Assembly: GCF_000143415.4 (NCBI RefSeq)
Contig: NW_003314313.1
Location: 80,418-144,417, forward strand
Origin: Selaginella moellendorffii
Lineage: Eukaryota; Plantae; Lycopodiophyta
Length of the DNA: 64,000 nt
Direction: 5' to 3'
The position numbers and the translations under genes are program-made. Each line of letters begins with the position of its first letter. The first letter of the stretch is position 1. This document shows, in pieces, positions 49,181 through 61,800 of this stretch. A model generated the notes under the pieces. That model did no database searches. It was not told where the DNA came from and saw nothing but the letters and a program-made list of their open reading frames with translations.

Positions 49181-49959
49181 TAGAGTCATTCGTTTTTTCC
49201 TCTTCCATTCATTTCATCCGTATTGTTAAACAGAAGAAACAAGCTGCAGCGACACACAAATTGTGATGGTAGCTCCTTTAGTATCAGCAACAAATCCTAT
49301 GGTATTTTTTTTGTTTTTTAATTTTCTCCTCTGGTGGAATATCTTCTGAGCTCCAACTTGGTCCAGATCGTAGGAGGCCGTCTCTTCGAGACTAAATAAA
49401 TAAAACATCTCAGAGACTACGCTAAGGAGCTGCTTATTCTGGCCAACTTGTGAGTATAACCTTGAGAGATTATGTTTCTTTTCTATTTGGAAAATAGTCT
49501 GACTGCCAACTTGGTCCAGATCATAGGAGGCCGCCAGAAGAATATGTAAATGAGGGTGGAGCAGGACTTGAAGCAGCGAAAGATAAAACCAGTGTCAGAG
49601 ATCATAAGAATCGAGCAAGTGGGAATGGAAAAGCGTAAGATGATTTTAAAACTTGGAGACAAAGGGAGCAGGCTGAAACAGCTAAGATCGAGCAGCAAAG
49701 ATTGAGCAGCTTAAAGACGAAAAAATTTCTTAAACCAAGCAGGGGCAGCAGCTTGAAAAATCGAAGTTTTAAGTTCGCCCAGCAACAGCTTCAAAAAGCA
49801 AAGGGGAAGCAGCTAAAGAGCAGTGACAAGATTGATCGAGCAGAGCAGCAGAATAGTTGATAATTTTTTTCATATAATTTTCTTTGATTTAGCTGTAAAA
49901 ATGATGATTTAATGTTCAAATTTATTTCAATCTCCAAAAGGTCCGAGATCCGAATTTGA

Positions 49960-50590
49960 CCCTAGCTGATACCTAGAGCACGCTAGGGCTTGGCGGTGCG
50001 GCTGCTTGGCAAGGCATCCCCCGAAAAACTCGTGAACTTTACCATAGAGTATTTGTCGTGGATCTTCTTGTACGTTCGCAAGGATTCCTGATAAGTTTGT
50101 CCTCATAACTTGATAAGAAAATGGAAAAACAAACAGGAAAATAAGATTCTTACGTAGTTTGGATAGCGAAGGTGTTCGACTTTCTAACCCGAGAACACGA
50201 CACCACGTTAGAGCAAGAACTCAGGAGCTAATATGTACGCACCTCCAGTTATTCCATATGGTATAAAGCCATTTGACTTGGTCTAGAAGGTCTGAAAAGG
50301 CTTGCCCCGTCAGGTTTTACCTCCTTCCAGACTGTCAAAGTTGTTAATGGGAAAAAACTAAATTTCTGCATGTCTCGAACAATAAAACTTGTAAGATTGC
50401 TGGACGTGAGCATCAAAGAAAGCTTCAAATCGTGAATGAGAGTACCCTCCACAAAGTCGAGCTGAGCAGACGAGAAGCCCTACATGTGGAGTCCCGGAAA
50501 AGTCTTGACAAAGCCTGGAGTAACAATTGGCGAGAGACTTGCCTTCACCTCTGCAATTTCTTGCACTTTTTTTGATAGATAGATCAGCAT
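49960..50590 (-). pseudogene. Possible intron-containing gene fragment, product unknown
   Basis: GC-richer coding-like blocks separated by GT..AG segments on the minus strand (GAG|GTGCGT..GTTAG; TAC|GTAAGA..TATCAG). No complete ORF. Confidence 0.3.
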
Positions 50591-52260
50591 CTTTGCCGAT
50601 CTGATAGATCAGATCGGCAACAATTTACCAGCCTCCACACACAAGCACTCTTTTAGATACTGTAGTAGAAACACTTGTCTTCATTTGGTTATTATAAATA
50701 AAAGTTCCTACTGATTGAATTGAACATTTTCCATATTTTAATTTGATTATTAATTTATTCCTTTTACTCTTTACATTAAGCCTTTGACATTTTTCTTTAT
50801 TTAGTTTTTATGTTGCAAGCTTTTTTTTTTATGGGTTCTTAAAATCTATGAAATTAGTTCATAAAGAATAATACAATGTCTTACTACAAGAATGCTAATA
50901 TTTCAAGCAATTGTTATTTGTAATAAAGTTTTATTACTTTCACTATTATATGTTTTTTGAGAAACTATTATATATTAATATATATTTAGTTACAGACACA
51001 ATATAAAGGTATTCTTAAAACATAATACCAGACTGGTTTAGAACTACTAGATTTTTTACAATTGCATTAGCTGATGGTAATATATATTTTATCTAAAAAA
51101 ATATTGAACTGATGATATTTGAAAATTCTCAACAACATACTTAAAAGAATTACAATTAAAGGTGGAAGAAAAGTGTCAACATTAATCAATAATATTATAC
51201 CGATGGGGGCTTTGGTTTGTACTTAGGAACTGCTTGAAGGACTGATTCCACTTCGGTTTGTTCAACTTTGTTCGGTCCCACCTCAGTCCCCACCGAAGGG
51301 TCCACACCTCTTGCGCTGCTAGCATCTGCAAACTTTCATTTTTACTTCTGCTTCTTGTCACGTTTTATCTTGCATATGAGAGTCTCTAGTAAAGCATTGG
51401 TCTATGCCAATTGTCCTTCTAAAACGTCTAATCGAGCCTTGGATGACCAAACCTCACCATTAGACTCCTATTTAGAAGTTTCCTCACTGGAGTCCTTCTC
51501 ATGCAAAAATTCTTCATCCATTGTTTTTTGTTGGACCAAAGGCTCTAGCTCTGAAGGATGTTTCGCCTCTACCTTAGTTCTTTTACGCCTTGCCTTTGCC
51601 TTCTCTCAGCAATCTGCTTTTATCCTTTACTAGAATTGAGGAAAGACTTTGATACCAAATTGTAAGACACAAATTTTTTCCTTTCCAATTTGCTAGTTTA
51701 TTTTGTTTATTTGACCTCTACGACTTTAGCCTTCGTTAAGTTCCTGTGCCAAGGTTCCTGCCTATTGTACCAGCTTCTACTTGGTCCTACTTGGTTTTAG
51801 CAACTCACTACACAAGCAATTGAATGTTAGCCATCCATCCACGGATTCCCAAATTCCTTTCCAATCCCCCTCCTTGGGTTAAACTGGATTTAAGGTTCAG
51901 TTACACTCACACAAGCAGCCAAACACACCATGCCTCTAGATTCCTAATATCCCTTGGTACAATAAGGCTTTATCATAGGACCCTTTAAATCCTAAGCCTT
52001 GGGTGCAATATTTGCTCTGGGACATCAGGGGGAAACACTGTGGCCTAAAGGCTTGGTATAGGTACTTTTACTCCTCCACTTTCATCCTAAAAGGAAGGCC
52101 CAAGCCCCTAGGATGTGCAAAGACTAATGAGTCATAAGGTATTTAAATGGGGCACCACTCCACATGAGCCAGAAGCACCGCAATTGGTTTCCCTTTTGGG
52201 ATTGAGAGCTGCTCTTGAGCACTTCCTTGGGTGGCCCCTCCGGCACCACCCGAGTCCATG

Positions 52261-54661
52261 TGTAAGCTCCTGGATTTGGACTTCCCGGGAGGTCACCTAG
52301 CCCAGTACTATTCAAACCCAAGGATGCTTAACCCCAAATATCCCAATACCCTTAACCGATTGGAAAACGGGGTGCACTCTTGTTCATGGGCCCTTTCCTT
52401 CTATATTTGAACCCCATGGATCGTCTCTCAAGTCATTCCCTTTAGTTGCTTACAATCTATCACGCTTCTCTGCAAGTTCACTGTAAGCGACTAAATTTTC
52501 CATTCTACTTTAGTCACTTAACCACACCTCTGACCACTTGGAGGAGTCTCATTCACTACCTCCATAAGTCCAATCCAGGACTTGGGACTTGCTAGCCCCG
52601 AGAATGGCATCCATGCCACTCAACACTTGCACTTGGTCCAAGTGCTCCACGTGTCCGATCCCATGACCGACACTCAAAGGTACCACCGACATAGCAGCCC
52701 GTTACGCTAAGGCCATGCCCAATCACCTTTGCCACACTGGTAGTCCAATACCACTTGCATCACCGTCTTGGCTCTCCAAGACTAGGCAAACCATCCGTGA
52801 GTGGTCATCTCAGATCCACTCCTTAGCATCCTTAGGATGCCCACCGACAAGGGGAATAGCCTTCCCCAATATCCCTCTGTCTGTCCCCACTAAGTCCCTT
52901 TCTGCCCCTGGCCGTGTTTGCCAACACTGCCACTGGATCGAGACCCACAGGCCCGACCACTAAGTCCCACAGTCCTCTGGGACTTCCTCACCACACAACT
53001 GTGTCCTTGGTCACTACCCCAGAGGACTGCTCCTCTTCCTTTCCACAGTCTGGGCTTTTGGGACAACATTTCGGAACACCGTGGCCTTACACGAGCCACC
53101 TGGGTACTCTCCTCGCCTTCTGCCCTTGGGTGCTCTAGCCATGGGCTTAGAGCGGGTTCCGTTGAGCCACACCAGGTATCCAAGTAGGTAGTGCCACCCA
53201 CACTTGGACTGGGAGCATCGGCTAGTCGATCTCCCGGGGGAACTAGAGCCGGCTCTTGAACACTTCACCAAGCTACCGCTTGTCGGTCCGTGTTCACTTT
53301 AGTCTTGGACTTCCCAGTGGGCAGCTCATCACCCAACACTGGGTCCGGCCTTCCTGGGCCAAACTGGCCTTTCCTGGCCAAACTGGCTCCACTGCAGTCC
53401 TCCCCCTTACTATACTTTTGGAGCTCACCAAACCCCCCAGGGTCTGGGAGACGAACGCTTTGGGCTTTCACCCTCTCAGACTCGAACTCGGACTCGGACT
53501 CGGACTCGGACTCGGACTCGGACTCGGACTCGGACTCGGGCTCGGGCTCGGTCTAGACCTCGGCCTCGGTCTCGTTCTCGGTCCCGATCTCGGTCTCGGT
53601 CTCGGTCTAGGTCTTGGTCCTGGTCTCGGTCTCGACTTCGGACTCCATCTCGGACTCCATCTCGGACTCCATCTCAGACTCCATCTCGGACTCCATCTCG
53701 GACTCCATCTCGGGTCCATCTCGGACTCCATTTCGGGTCCATCTCGGACTCCATCTCGGGTCCATCTCGGACTCCATCTCGGGTCCATCTCGGACTCCAT
53801 CTCGGACTCCATTTCGGGTCCATCTCGAGTCCACCTCGGACTCCATTTCGGGTCCATCTCGGACTCCATCTCGGGTCCATCTCGGACTCCATCTCGGACT
53901 CCATTTCGGGTCCATCTCGGGTCCACCTCGGACTCCATCTCGGGTCCATCTCGGACTCCACTTTGGACTCCAACTCGGGTCCATCTCGGACTCCACTTCG
54001 GACTCCAACTCGGGTCCATCTCGGACTCCACTTCGGACTCCAACTCGAGTCCATCTCGGACACTTCCACGTGTCATGTGTTGGTCCATTTGGGTCCCTTT
54101 TTGGAGCCTCACTTTTTGCTCGCTTCGTGCTCGTTCCTCGAGCACTTCTTTGGGAGTTCCACTCCCGCTCTTGACTTTTCAAGTCGGAGCTTTTGGTCCA
54201 AACGTGTTACGCTCGTTTGGCTCTCGCTTCAGCCACTACCACGTGGCACCCTTTCCGGCTCCACTTTGGGGCCTATGGATTTTGTGTCTCACATTCACAC
54301 CCTCGTGAACGGAAGCTGAGAGCCATAGCTCTCCCAAGAGCCCCGCTCTCTTGACACCTTACCCCTTAGGTCGAGCCCAGCGGGAGTAAACTAGACCAGC
54401 CAGATGTCAATCAACATGTGGTGTGATTCCCCTAGCCAACCAACAGAGTCAGACCTGAGACCCCTCTGATACCAAATGTAAGCTCCTGGGTTTGGACTTC
54501 CCGGGAGCCCAGTACTATTCAAACCCAAGGACACTTAACCCCAAATATCCCAAGACCCTTAACCGATTGGAAAAGGGGGTGCACTCTTGTTCATAGGCCC
54601 TTTCCCTCTATATTTGAACCCTATGGATCGTCTCTCAAGTCGTTCCCTTTGGTTGTTTACA
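52261..54661 (-). mobile_element. Cassandra-type TRIM (copy 2), interrupted by a B solo LTR
   Basis: LTRs 52261-52454 and 54477-54661, TSD CCATG, intact PBS (rc of ctctgatacca), same 5S-like core as copy 1. Confidence 0.93.
52482..54293 (-). mobile_element. Family B solo LTR (1812 bp) with internal CTCGGA / CTCGGACTCCAT tandem arrays
   Basis: TGTAAGCGAC...GTCTCACA with TSD TTCAC. Confidence 0.93.
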
Positions 54662-55158
54662 CCATGCTTACTCCCACCCAAGGCTCTTAAGCTTCAGTCT
54701 CAACCTCAAGTCAATTTGAAAGCACTACTACAAAGTTCCTTCAAGATTTATTTCTAGACCTCATTATCCTTATTATACTTTTGGAACCCTCTACAGCCTC
54801 CTCCCTTTGGGCTTTCACCCCATTACCTATATGTGAGACACAAAATCCCTAGGCCCCAAAGTGGAGCCGGAAGGGTGCCACGTGGTAGTGGCCGAAGCGA
54901 AAGCCAAACGAGCATAACATGTTTGGACTAAAAGCTCCGACTTGAAAGGTCGAGAGCGGGAGTGGAACTCCAAACAAAGTGCTCGAGGAATAAGCATGAA
55001 GCGAGCAATAAGCGAGGCTCCAAAAAGGGACCCAAAAGGACCTAGGATGGAGTCCGAGATGGACCGAGATGGACCGAGACGGAGTTTGAGATGGACCGAG
55101 ATGGAGTCCGAGATGGACCCAAGATGGGACCTGAGATGGAGTCTGAGATGGACCCGAG

Positions 55159-57414
55159 TGTAAGCGACTAATTTTTCCATTCTACTTTAGTCACTTAACC
55201 ACACCTTTGACCACTTGGAGGGGTCTCACTCACCACCTCTTTAAGTCCAATTCAGGACTTGGGACTTGCTAGCCCCGAGAATGGCATCCATGCCACTCAT
55301 CCCTTGCACTTAGTCCAAGTGCTCCACGTGTCCGGTCCCAAGACCGACACCCCAAGGTACCACTGACATACCAGCCTGTTACGCTAAGGCCATGCCCCTT
55401 TACCTTGGTCATACCGGTGGTCTAACCCCACCTGCATCAAAATCCCGTCTCTCAAGGACTGGACCATTTGTCCATGAGTGATCATTCCAGATTCACTCCT
55501 TAGCATCCTTAGGATGCCCACAGACCTGGGGAATTGCCTTCCCCAAAGTCCCTTTGTCAGTTCCTACCAAGTCCCTTTCTGCCCTTGGCCGTGTTTGCCA
55601 ACACTGCCACTGGATCGAGGCCCACAGGCCCGACCCCTAAGTCCCACGGTCCTCTGGGACTTCCTCACCACACGACTGTGTCCTTGGTCACTACCCCAGA
55701 GGATTGCTCTTCTTCCTTTCCACAGTCTGGGCCTTTGGGACAACATTTCGGAACACCGTGGCCTTACGCGAGCCACCTGGGTACTCTCCCCACCTTTCAC
55801 CTTTAGGTGCTCTAGCCATGGGCTTAGAGCGAGGTTCCGTTGAGCCATGCCTTGGTATCCAAGTAGGTAGTGCCACCCACACTTGGACTGGGAGCATCGG
55901 CCAGTCGATCTCCCGGGGGAACTAGAGTCGGCTCTTGAACACTTCACCAAGCTACCCCGCTTGTCGGTCCGTATTCACTCTAGTCTTGGACTTCCCAGTG
56001 GTCAGTTCATCATCCAACACTGGGTCTGGCCTTCCTGGGCCAAACTGGCCTTTCCTGGCCAAACTGGCTCCACTGCAGTCCTCCCCCTCACTATACTTTT
56101 GGAGCTCACCAAACCCCTCAGGGTTTGGGAGACGAACGCTTTGGGCTTTCACCCTCTCAGACTCGAACTCGGACTCGGACTCGGACTCGGACTCGGACTC
56201 GGACTCGGACTCAGACTTGGACTCAGACTCGGACTCGGACTCGGACTCGGGCTCGGACTCGGTCTCAGCCTTGGCCTCGGTCCCGGTCTCGGTCCCGGTC
56301 TCGGTCCCGGTCTCGGTCTCGGTCTCGGTCTCGGTCCCGGTCTCGGTCTCGACCTCGGACTCCATCTCGGGTCCTTCTCGGATTCCATCTCGGACTCCAT
56401 CTCGGGCTCCGTCTCGGTCCATCTCGGACTCCATCTCGAACTCCATCTCGGGCTCCGTCTCGGTCCATCTCGGACTCCATCTTGGGTCCATCTCAGACTC
56501 CGTCTCGGTCCACCTCGGACTCCATCTCNNNNNNNNNNNNNNNNNNNNNNNNNNNNNNNNNNNNNNNNNNNNNNNNNNNNNNNNNNNNNNNNNNNNNNNN
56601 NNNNNNNNNNNNNNNNNNNNNNNNNNNNNNNNNNNNNNNNNNNNNNNNNNNNNNNNNNNNNNNNNNNNNNNNNNNNNNNNNNNNNNNNNNNNNNNNNNNN
56701 NNNNNNNNNNNNNNNNNNNNNNNNNNNNNNNNNNNNNNNNNNNNNNNNNNNNNNNNNNNNNNNNNNNNNNNNNNNNNNNNNNNNNNNNNNNNNNNNNNNN
56801 NNNNNNNNNNNNNNNNNNNNNNNNNNNNNNNNNNNNNNNNNNNNNNNNNNNNNNNNNNNNNNNNNNNNNNNNNNNNNNNNNNNNNNNNNNNNNNNNNNNN
56901 NNNNNNNNNNNNNNNNNNNNNNNNNNNNNNNNNNNNNNNNNNNNNNNNNNNNNNNNNNNNNNNNNNNNNNNNNNNNNNNNNNNNNNNNNNNNNNNNNNNN
57001 NNNNNNNTCCATCTTCTAGGTCATCTCGGACTTTGTCTCGGTCCCCTCGGACTCCACTTTAGTGCACCTCGGACTCCATATCGGACTCCATCTCGGACTC
57101 CACTTCGGACTCCATATCGGACTCCACTTCGGGTCCATCTCGGACTCCAACTAGGGTCCGTCTTGGACTCTATCTCGGGCACTTCCACGTGTCATGTGTT
57201 GGTCCTTTTTGGGTCCCTTTTTGGAGCCTTGCTTATTGCTCGCTTTGTGCTCGCTCCTTGAGCACTTTGTTGGGAGTTCCACTCCCGCTCTCGACCTTCC
57301 AAGTTAGAGCTTTTAGTCCAAACGTTTTACACTCGTTTGGGCTTTCACTTCGGCCACTACCACGTGGCACCCTTTCTGGCTCCACTTTGGGGCCTAGGGA
57401 TTTTGTGTCTCACA
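55159..57414 (-). mobile_element. Family B LTR (apparently solo) nested in inverted orientation; spans an assembly gap
   Basis: TGTAAGCGAC...GTCTCACA with TSD CCGAG. The N-run lies inside its tandem array, so a larger element cannot be excluded. Confidence 0.85.
56529..57007. other. Assembly gap (N run)
   Basis: Directly visible. Confidence 1.
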
Positions 57415-58878
57415 CCGAGGTGGAGTCCGAGATGGAGTCTGAGATGGACCCGAGATGGAGTCCAAGATGGACCCAAGATGGAGTCCGAGATGGACCGAGA
57501 TGGAGTCCGAGATGGACCTAAGATGGAGTTCGAGATGGACCCGAGGTGGAGTCCGAGATGGAGTCCGTAGTCGAGACCGAGACCGAGACTGAGACCTAGG
57601 CCGAGACTGAGACCGGGACCAAGACCGAGACCAGGACCAAGACCGAGACCGAGACTGAGGCCGAGACCAAGCCCAAGCCCAAGTCTGAGTCCGAGTCTGA
57701 GTCCGAATCCGAGTCCGAGTCCGAGTTCGAGTTCGAGTTCAAGTCCGAGTTCAAGTCTGAGAGGGTGAAAGCCCAAAGCGTTCATCTCCCAGACCTTGAG
57801 GGGTTTGGTGAGCTCCAAAAGTATAGTAGGGGGAGGACTGCAGTGGAGCTAGTTTGGCCAGGAAAGGCCAGTTTGGCTCAAGAAGGCCAGACCCAATGTT
57901 GGGTGATGAACTGACCACTGGGAAGTCCAAGACTAGAGTGAATACGGACCAACAAGCAGGGTAGATTGGTGAAGTGTTCAAGAGCTGACTCTAGTTCCCC
58001 CGGGAGATCGACTGGCCGATGCTCCCAGTCTAAGTGTGGGTGGCACTACCTACTTGGATACCAGGCGTGGCTCAATGGAACCTCGCTCTAAGCCCATGGC
58101 TAGAGCACCCAAAGGCAGAAGGCGGGGAGAGTACCCACGAGGCTTGCGTAAGGCCACGGTGTTCCGAAATGTTGCCCCAAAGTCCCAGACTGTGAAAAGG
58201 AGGAGGAGCCATCCTCTAGTGTAGAGACCAAGGATACAGTCACATGGTGAGGAAGTCCTAGAGGACAATGGGACTTAGTGGCCGGGCCTGCGGGCCTTGA
58301 TCTAGTGGCAGTGTTGGTGAACATGGCCATGGACAGAAAAGGGACTTGGTAGGAACTGACAAAGGGATGTTGGGGAAGGTTATTCCCTATGTCTGTGGGC
58401 ATCCTAAGGATGCTAATGAGTGGATTTGGGATGGCCACTCGTGGACGGACGGCCCATTCTTGGAGAGACGGGATTGCAATGCAGGTGGTGTTAGACCACT
58501 GATGTGACCAAGGTGAATGAGCATGGCCTAGCATAACGGGCTCATATGTCAGTGGTACCTTGGGGTGTCGGTCATGGGATTGAACACGTGGAGCACTTGG
58601 ACCAAGTGCGAAGGTTGAGTGGCATGGATGCCATTCTTGAGGCTAGCAAGCCCCAAGTCCTGAATGGGACTTATGGAGGTTGTGAATGAGACTCCTCCAA
58701 GTGGTCGGAGGTGCGGTTAAGTGACTAAAGTAGAATGGAAAATTTAGTCACTTACACTATATTAGTATTTAAACTCAGTCTCAAACTTGATCTTGGACTT
58801 GACCTCGGACTCCATCTTGAACTCGATCTCGGGCCCAACTTCAGACTTTGTCTCGGACTCAATCTTGGACTCGGTCTT

Positions 58879-61800
58879 TGTCGCGAATGTGACTTCGGGT
58901 ATCAGAAGTTACTTGTTGACCAGTCCTTACGGACACTCTTTCCTTATTGCCACGATGGCAGGAGGTCGATATTGCTGAACCCTTTATCAGCCCCTCTTGT
59001 TCAAGTGTTAGTAAACTAGACTTTGCATCTATACTTGGCCAGATGAGTATAAGGACGGAATTCCTAATTGTCTATTTAGCCAAGCATACTTGGCCTGGCT
59101 TTTTAGTTCTCTTTTGCTCTGTCTTGCACTAGCTTGACAAGAACCCTTGCGTATTGAGATTAATCCCTTAATATCGCTGGATGATAGCTTACCGTGTTTG
59201 CCAAACACCCTCGATATCATGCTCTTTGTGTTAGTCTCATTTCGGTCCCAAATAGTATTTATGGAAAGTGTCCAGATTTGCTCATTTGGCATATCTACGG
59301 AATGTAGAGATTTACCTAAACACAATGGTCCCATGTCCAAATTCGCAATCTAGTGCCATTCCATATTTAGTAAGTTTTGAGCTTGTCTCAAAGACTAACT
59401 CCTGATACTAAGGGAGGCTTGGGGTAAGAGCCCAAAGCATGTGTTCCTCGGGGGGGGGGTGTTCCTCAGGAGGGGGGGGGGGGGGCGGGGGGCTCTGGGG
59501 GGTTCTAAATGTGTAGTAGGGATAGTGGGTAGGTCGGGCATGGCTAACCAACCTAAGGCATAATCTAGCTCTTGATTGCATATTTGTCCTTGTTCTGCGT
59601 CCAACTTGGGTCTAAGCCCAAACTCCACACCATGCTAATTGGTGGAGTACCTATGTCCTCGCGTTAGGCCACCAGTATGCTGAAATAGTGCTAGACTCCG
59701 TTTGGCTCTGTTTTGCATGCTAGTCCTAGCATTGAGATGCTAGATACTCTAGGACTATTCCAAGTCGCTCTGTTCCCCTGTTCCTTCGCTCCTTGGGGTG
59801 TATGTTCGAGAGTTGCTCTATAGTCCGGTTCCATCACTCTTTGGCTCTATGCTTGGGAGTTTGGCACCATTTTTTCATTCAGTGGCCTAAGGCCCTGAAC
59901 CTCAGGTTCCACACCACTGTCTTATGGACACATGGCATGTGACACATGGCACATAGGTTCAGGTTCTGCTCCGTGGTGTTATCCTATGGTAAATCACTAA
60001 CCACGTGCGCTACATTTGGTATCAGAGGATGAATTTTGGCGAGTACTATCCAATGAGATTGGGCAACTAGTCTCATTGCATATGTAGAGATGAAAATGAT
60101 GATTCGAGTGGGTACACGTTTGGGTGCTAAGATTTTGCATTCGTTCCTTGGGTATGGATTTGGTTACCTTTTTGTACGGTAATAATGTGAGCTTGATGGA
60201 TTTGAGATGCTCTGTTTGCACGAGTTTGTGCTTGGGCTCGTGAGTGAGGCACATTAGCAACTCAAGGTTGCACTTTGAGTTGGCAGGATTAATGTTAGCC
60301 TATCGGTGGTTCCTTGAGTTGTTCCATGTACCATAAACCTTCCCTGGGTTTGCTATGAGTGGCAAATAAGCTGGTCCATAGCTGTTTAGCACGGCACTAG
60401 TGGATCCTTCCTAGGCATGATTATGGGTGAATCAATCAAGACTGTAGGGATGAGTCTATTGATTCAAGTAATCATTGTCGTGCTCTCTCATAAACTTTTA
60501 TTGGATTGAACTAAAGGCAATACGAAAGCAAGCTTGAGGTTTAATCAAAGATGAGACCGAAAAAAGAGTCGTCAAGGACGAAGGATCAAACACGTAAATC
60601 ATTTTCTCTTCTTGGAGAGATGATTTGCAACAAGGTGTTAATTCATTGCTCGTGTTCATATTATACAATCAAGAATCCCTACCTTAATGCATCTTGAAGA
60701 CTATAGTCTTACAAATGATGAGTCATGGGATGGATGGCGGTGAAGCACTAAACATTTTGTCTAGGCTTGCTATTGGAAGACTTAAGTTGCAATGCTCAAT
60801 TCTTTTCTGGGGGAACCTTGCTATTGCTCCATTAGTAGCTTAGTGTTGGATTAATTTTGAGATTGTTGGAAAGAGAGTGGCATGAGTTTATTTATGTTGT
60901 GAACAAAAGTTAGTGGTGTTCGGTGTTGTAAATCTCTCTCGGTAGAGTATGGCATTTATGTTGCATTTTGTCGAATCAAGTTGGCACTTGATAGTCATAT
61001 AAACCTTTAAAGTAATGACATAGATGTTGCTCGTGGTGTTGCTCAATTGATGACCAAGTCATTGTGATACTTATATCATATCCATGTGATAGTGAGTGAT
61101 GTGTTTACGAAGTTGCTTGGGTAAATGATGATCAACCCCAAAGTGGCTGATGAAGAAGCTAGTCTACTTGCACAAAGTAGCATTGCAGTAGCTTTGATTG
61201 GGTTCTCGATGATGGTCCATTATGCTAAGCTTAAGTTGGTACCTTATTTCCTTGAGTTTGCTCATAAGGTGTTGGAAAAGGGTTGTAACATTCATTTGCT
61301 ATAACTTATCAATTGATCCGTTAACACTTGGAGTAGATTATTAGATGGAGAAGGTGTGTAGTTGAGGCATTGACATTGCTAGCACTTGTGTTAATGGAAG
61401 TGGCATTGTTGATTCGAATGATGAGGAATTTTCCTTAGAGCTTGATTTTCCATGTCATTTTTCTTGTTAGTGTTTTGGCTTTACATTGGATCTTGAAGAT
61501 GGTTGAAGAAGAGTGTTAGTGCAATGTGGATATCTGGAGATGTGGTCTTTGTGATCAAGCCTTGGATGTTCACTTTGCATTTTATGGATGTCGGTGTTGG
61601 ATATCGGTTAGATGGGCAAAGATGTTCAATGCTTAAGTATATTGATGGATTATGAGAATTTGTGTTGAGGTGAACCTATGTGAAATAGTAGGTAGAAGGA
61701 AGTTGGTTGAGTTTTGAAAGTTTGCATTCTTGGATTGAGAGTCATTCTTTTTCTAGGATGGAAAATTTTCCAAAAATTTTCTTAAGGTTTTCTAATGGTT

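Larger units (their letters stand above)
54832..58756 (+). mobile_element. Family B solo LTR hosting an inverted B solo LTR
   Basis: TGTGAGACAC...CACTTACA with TSD CTATA. Confidence 0.9.
51200..58878 (-). mobile_element. Old truncated family A-related element (gag 5' part, PBS, 5' LTR) whose LTR is the host of multiple nested insertions
   Basis: 51200-51660 aligns by eye to 34597-35058. LTR pieces 51661-52260, 54667-54831 and 58762-58878 are colinear with 35059-35960. Confidence 0.87.

Noticed and set aside
53480-54060. CRISPR-like repeat array
   Set aside because: Head-to-tail 6/12-mers with no unique spacers, eukaryotic context, no cas genes.
53256-57818. Long ORFs with SD/LG/RT repeats resembling bacterial Sdr adhesins
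   Set aside because: Translations of CTCGGA and 12-bp tandem arrays inside LTRs, open in several frames on both strands; some run through Ns.
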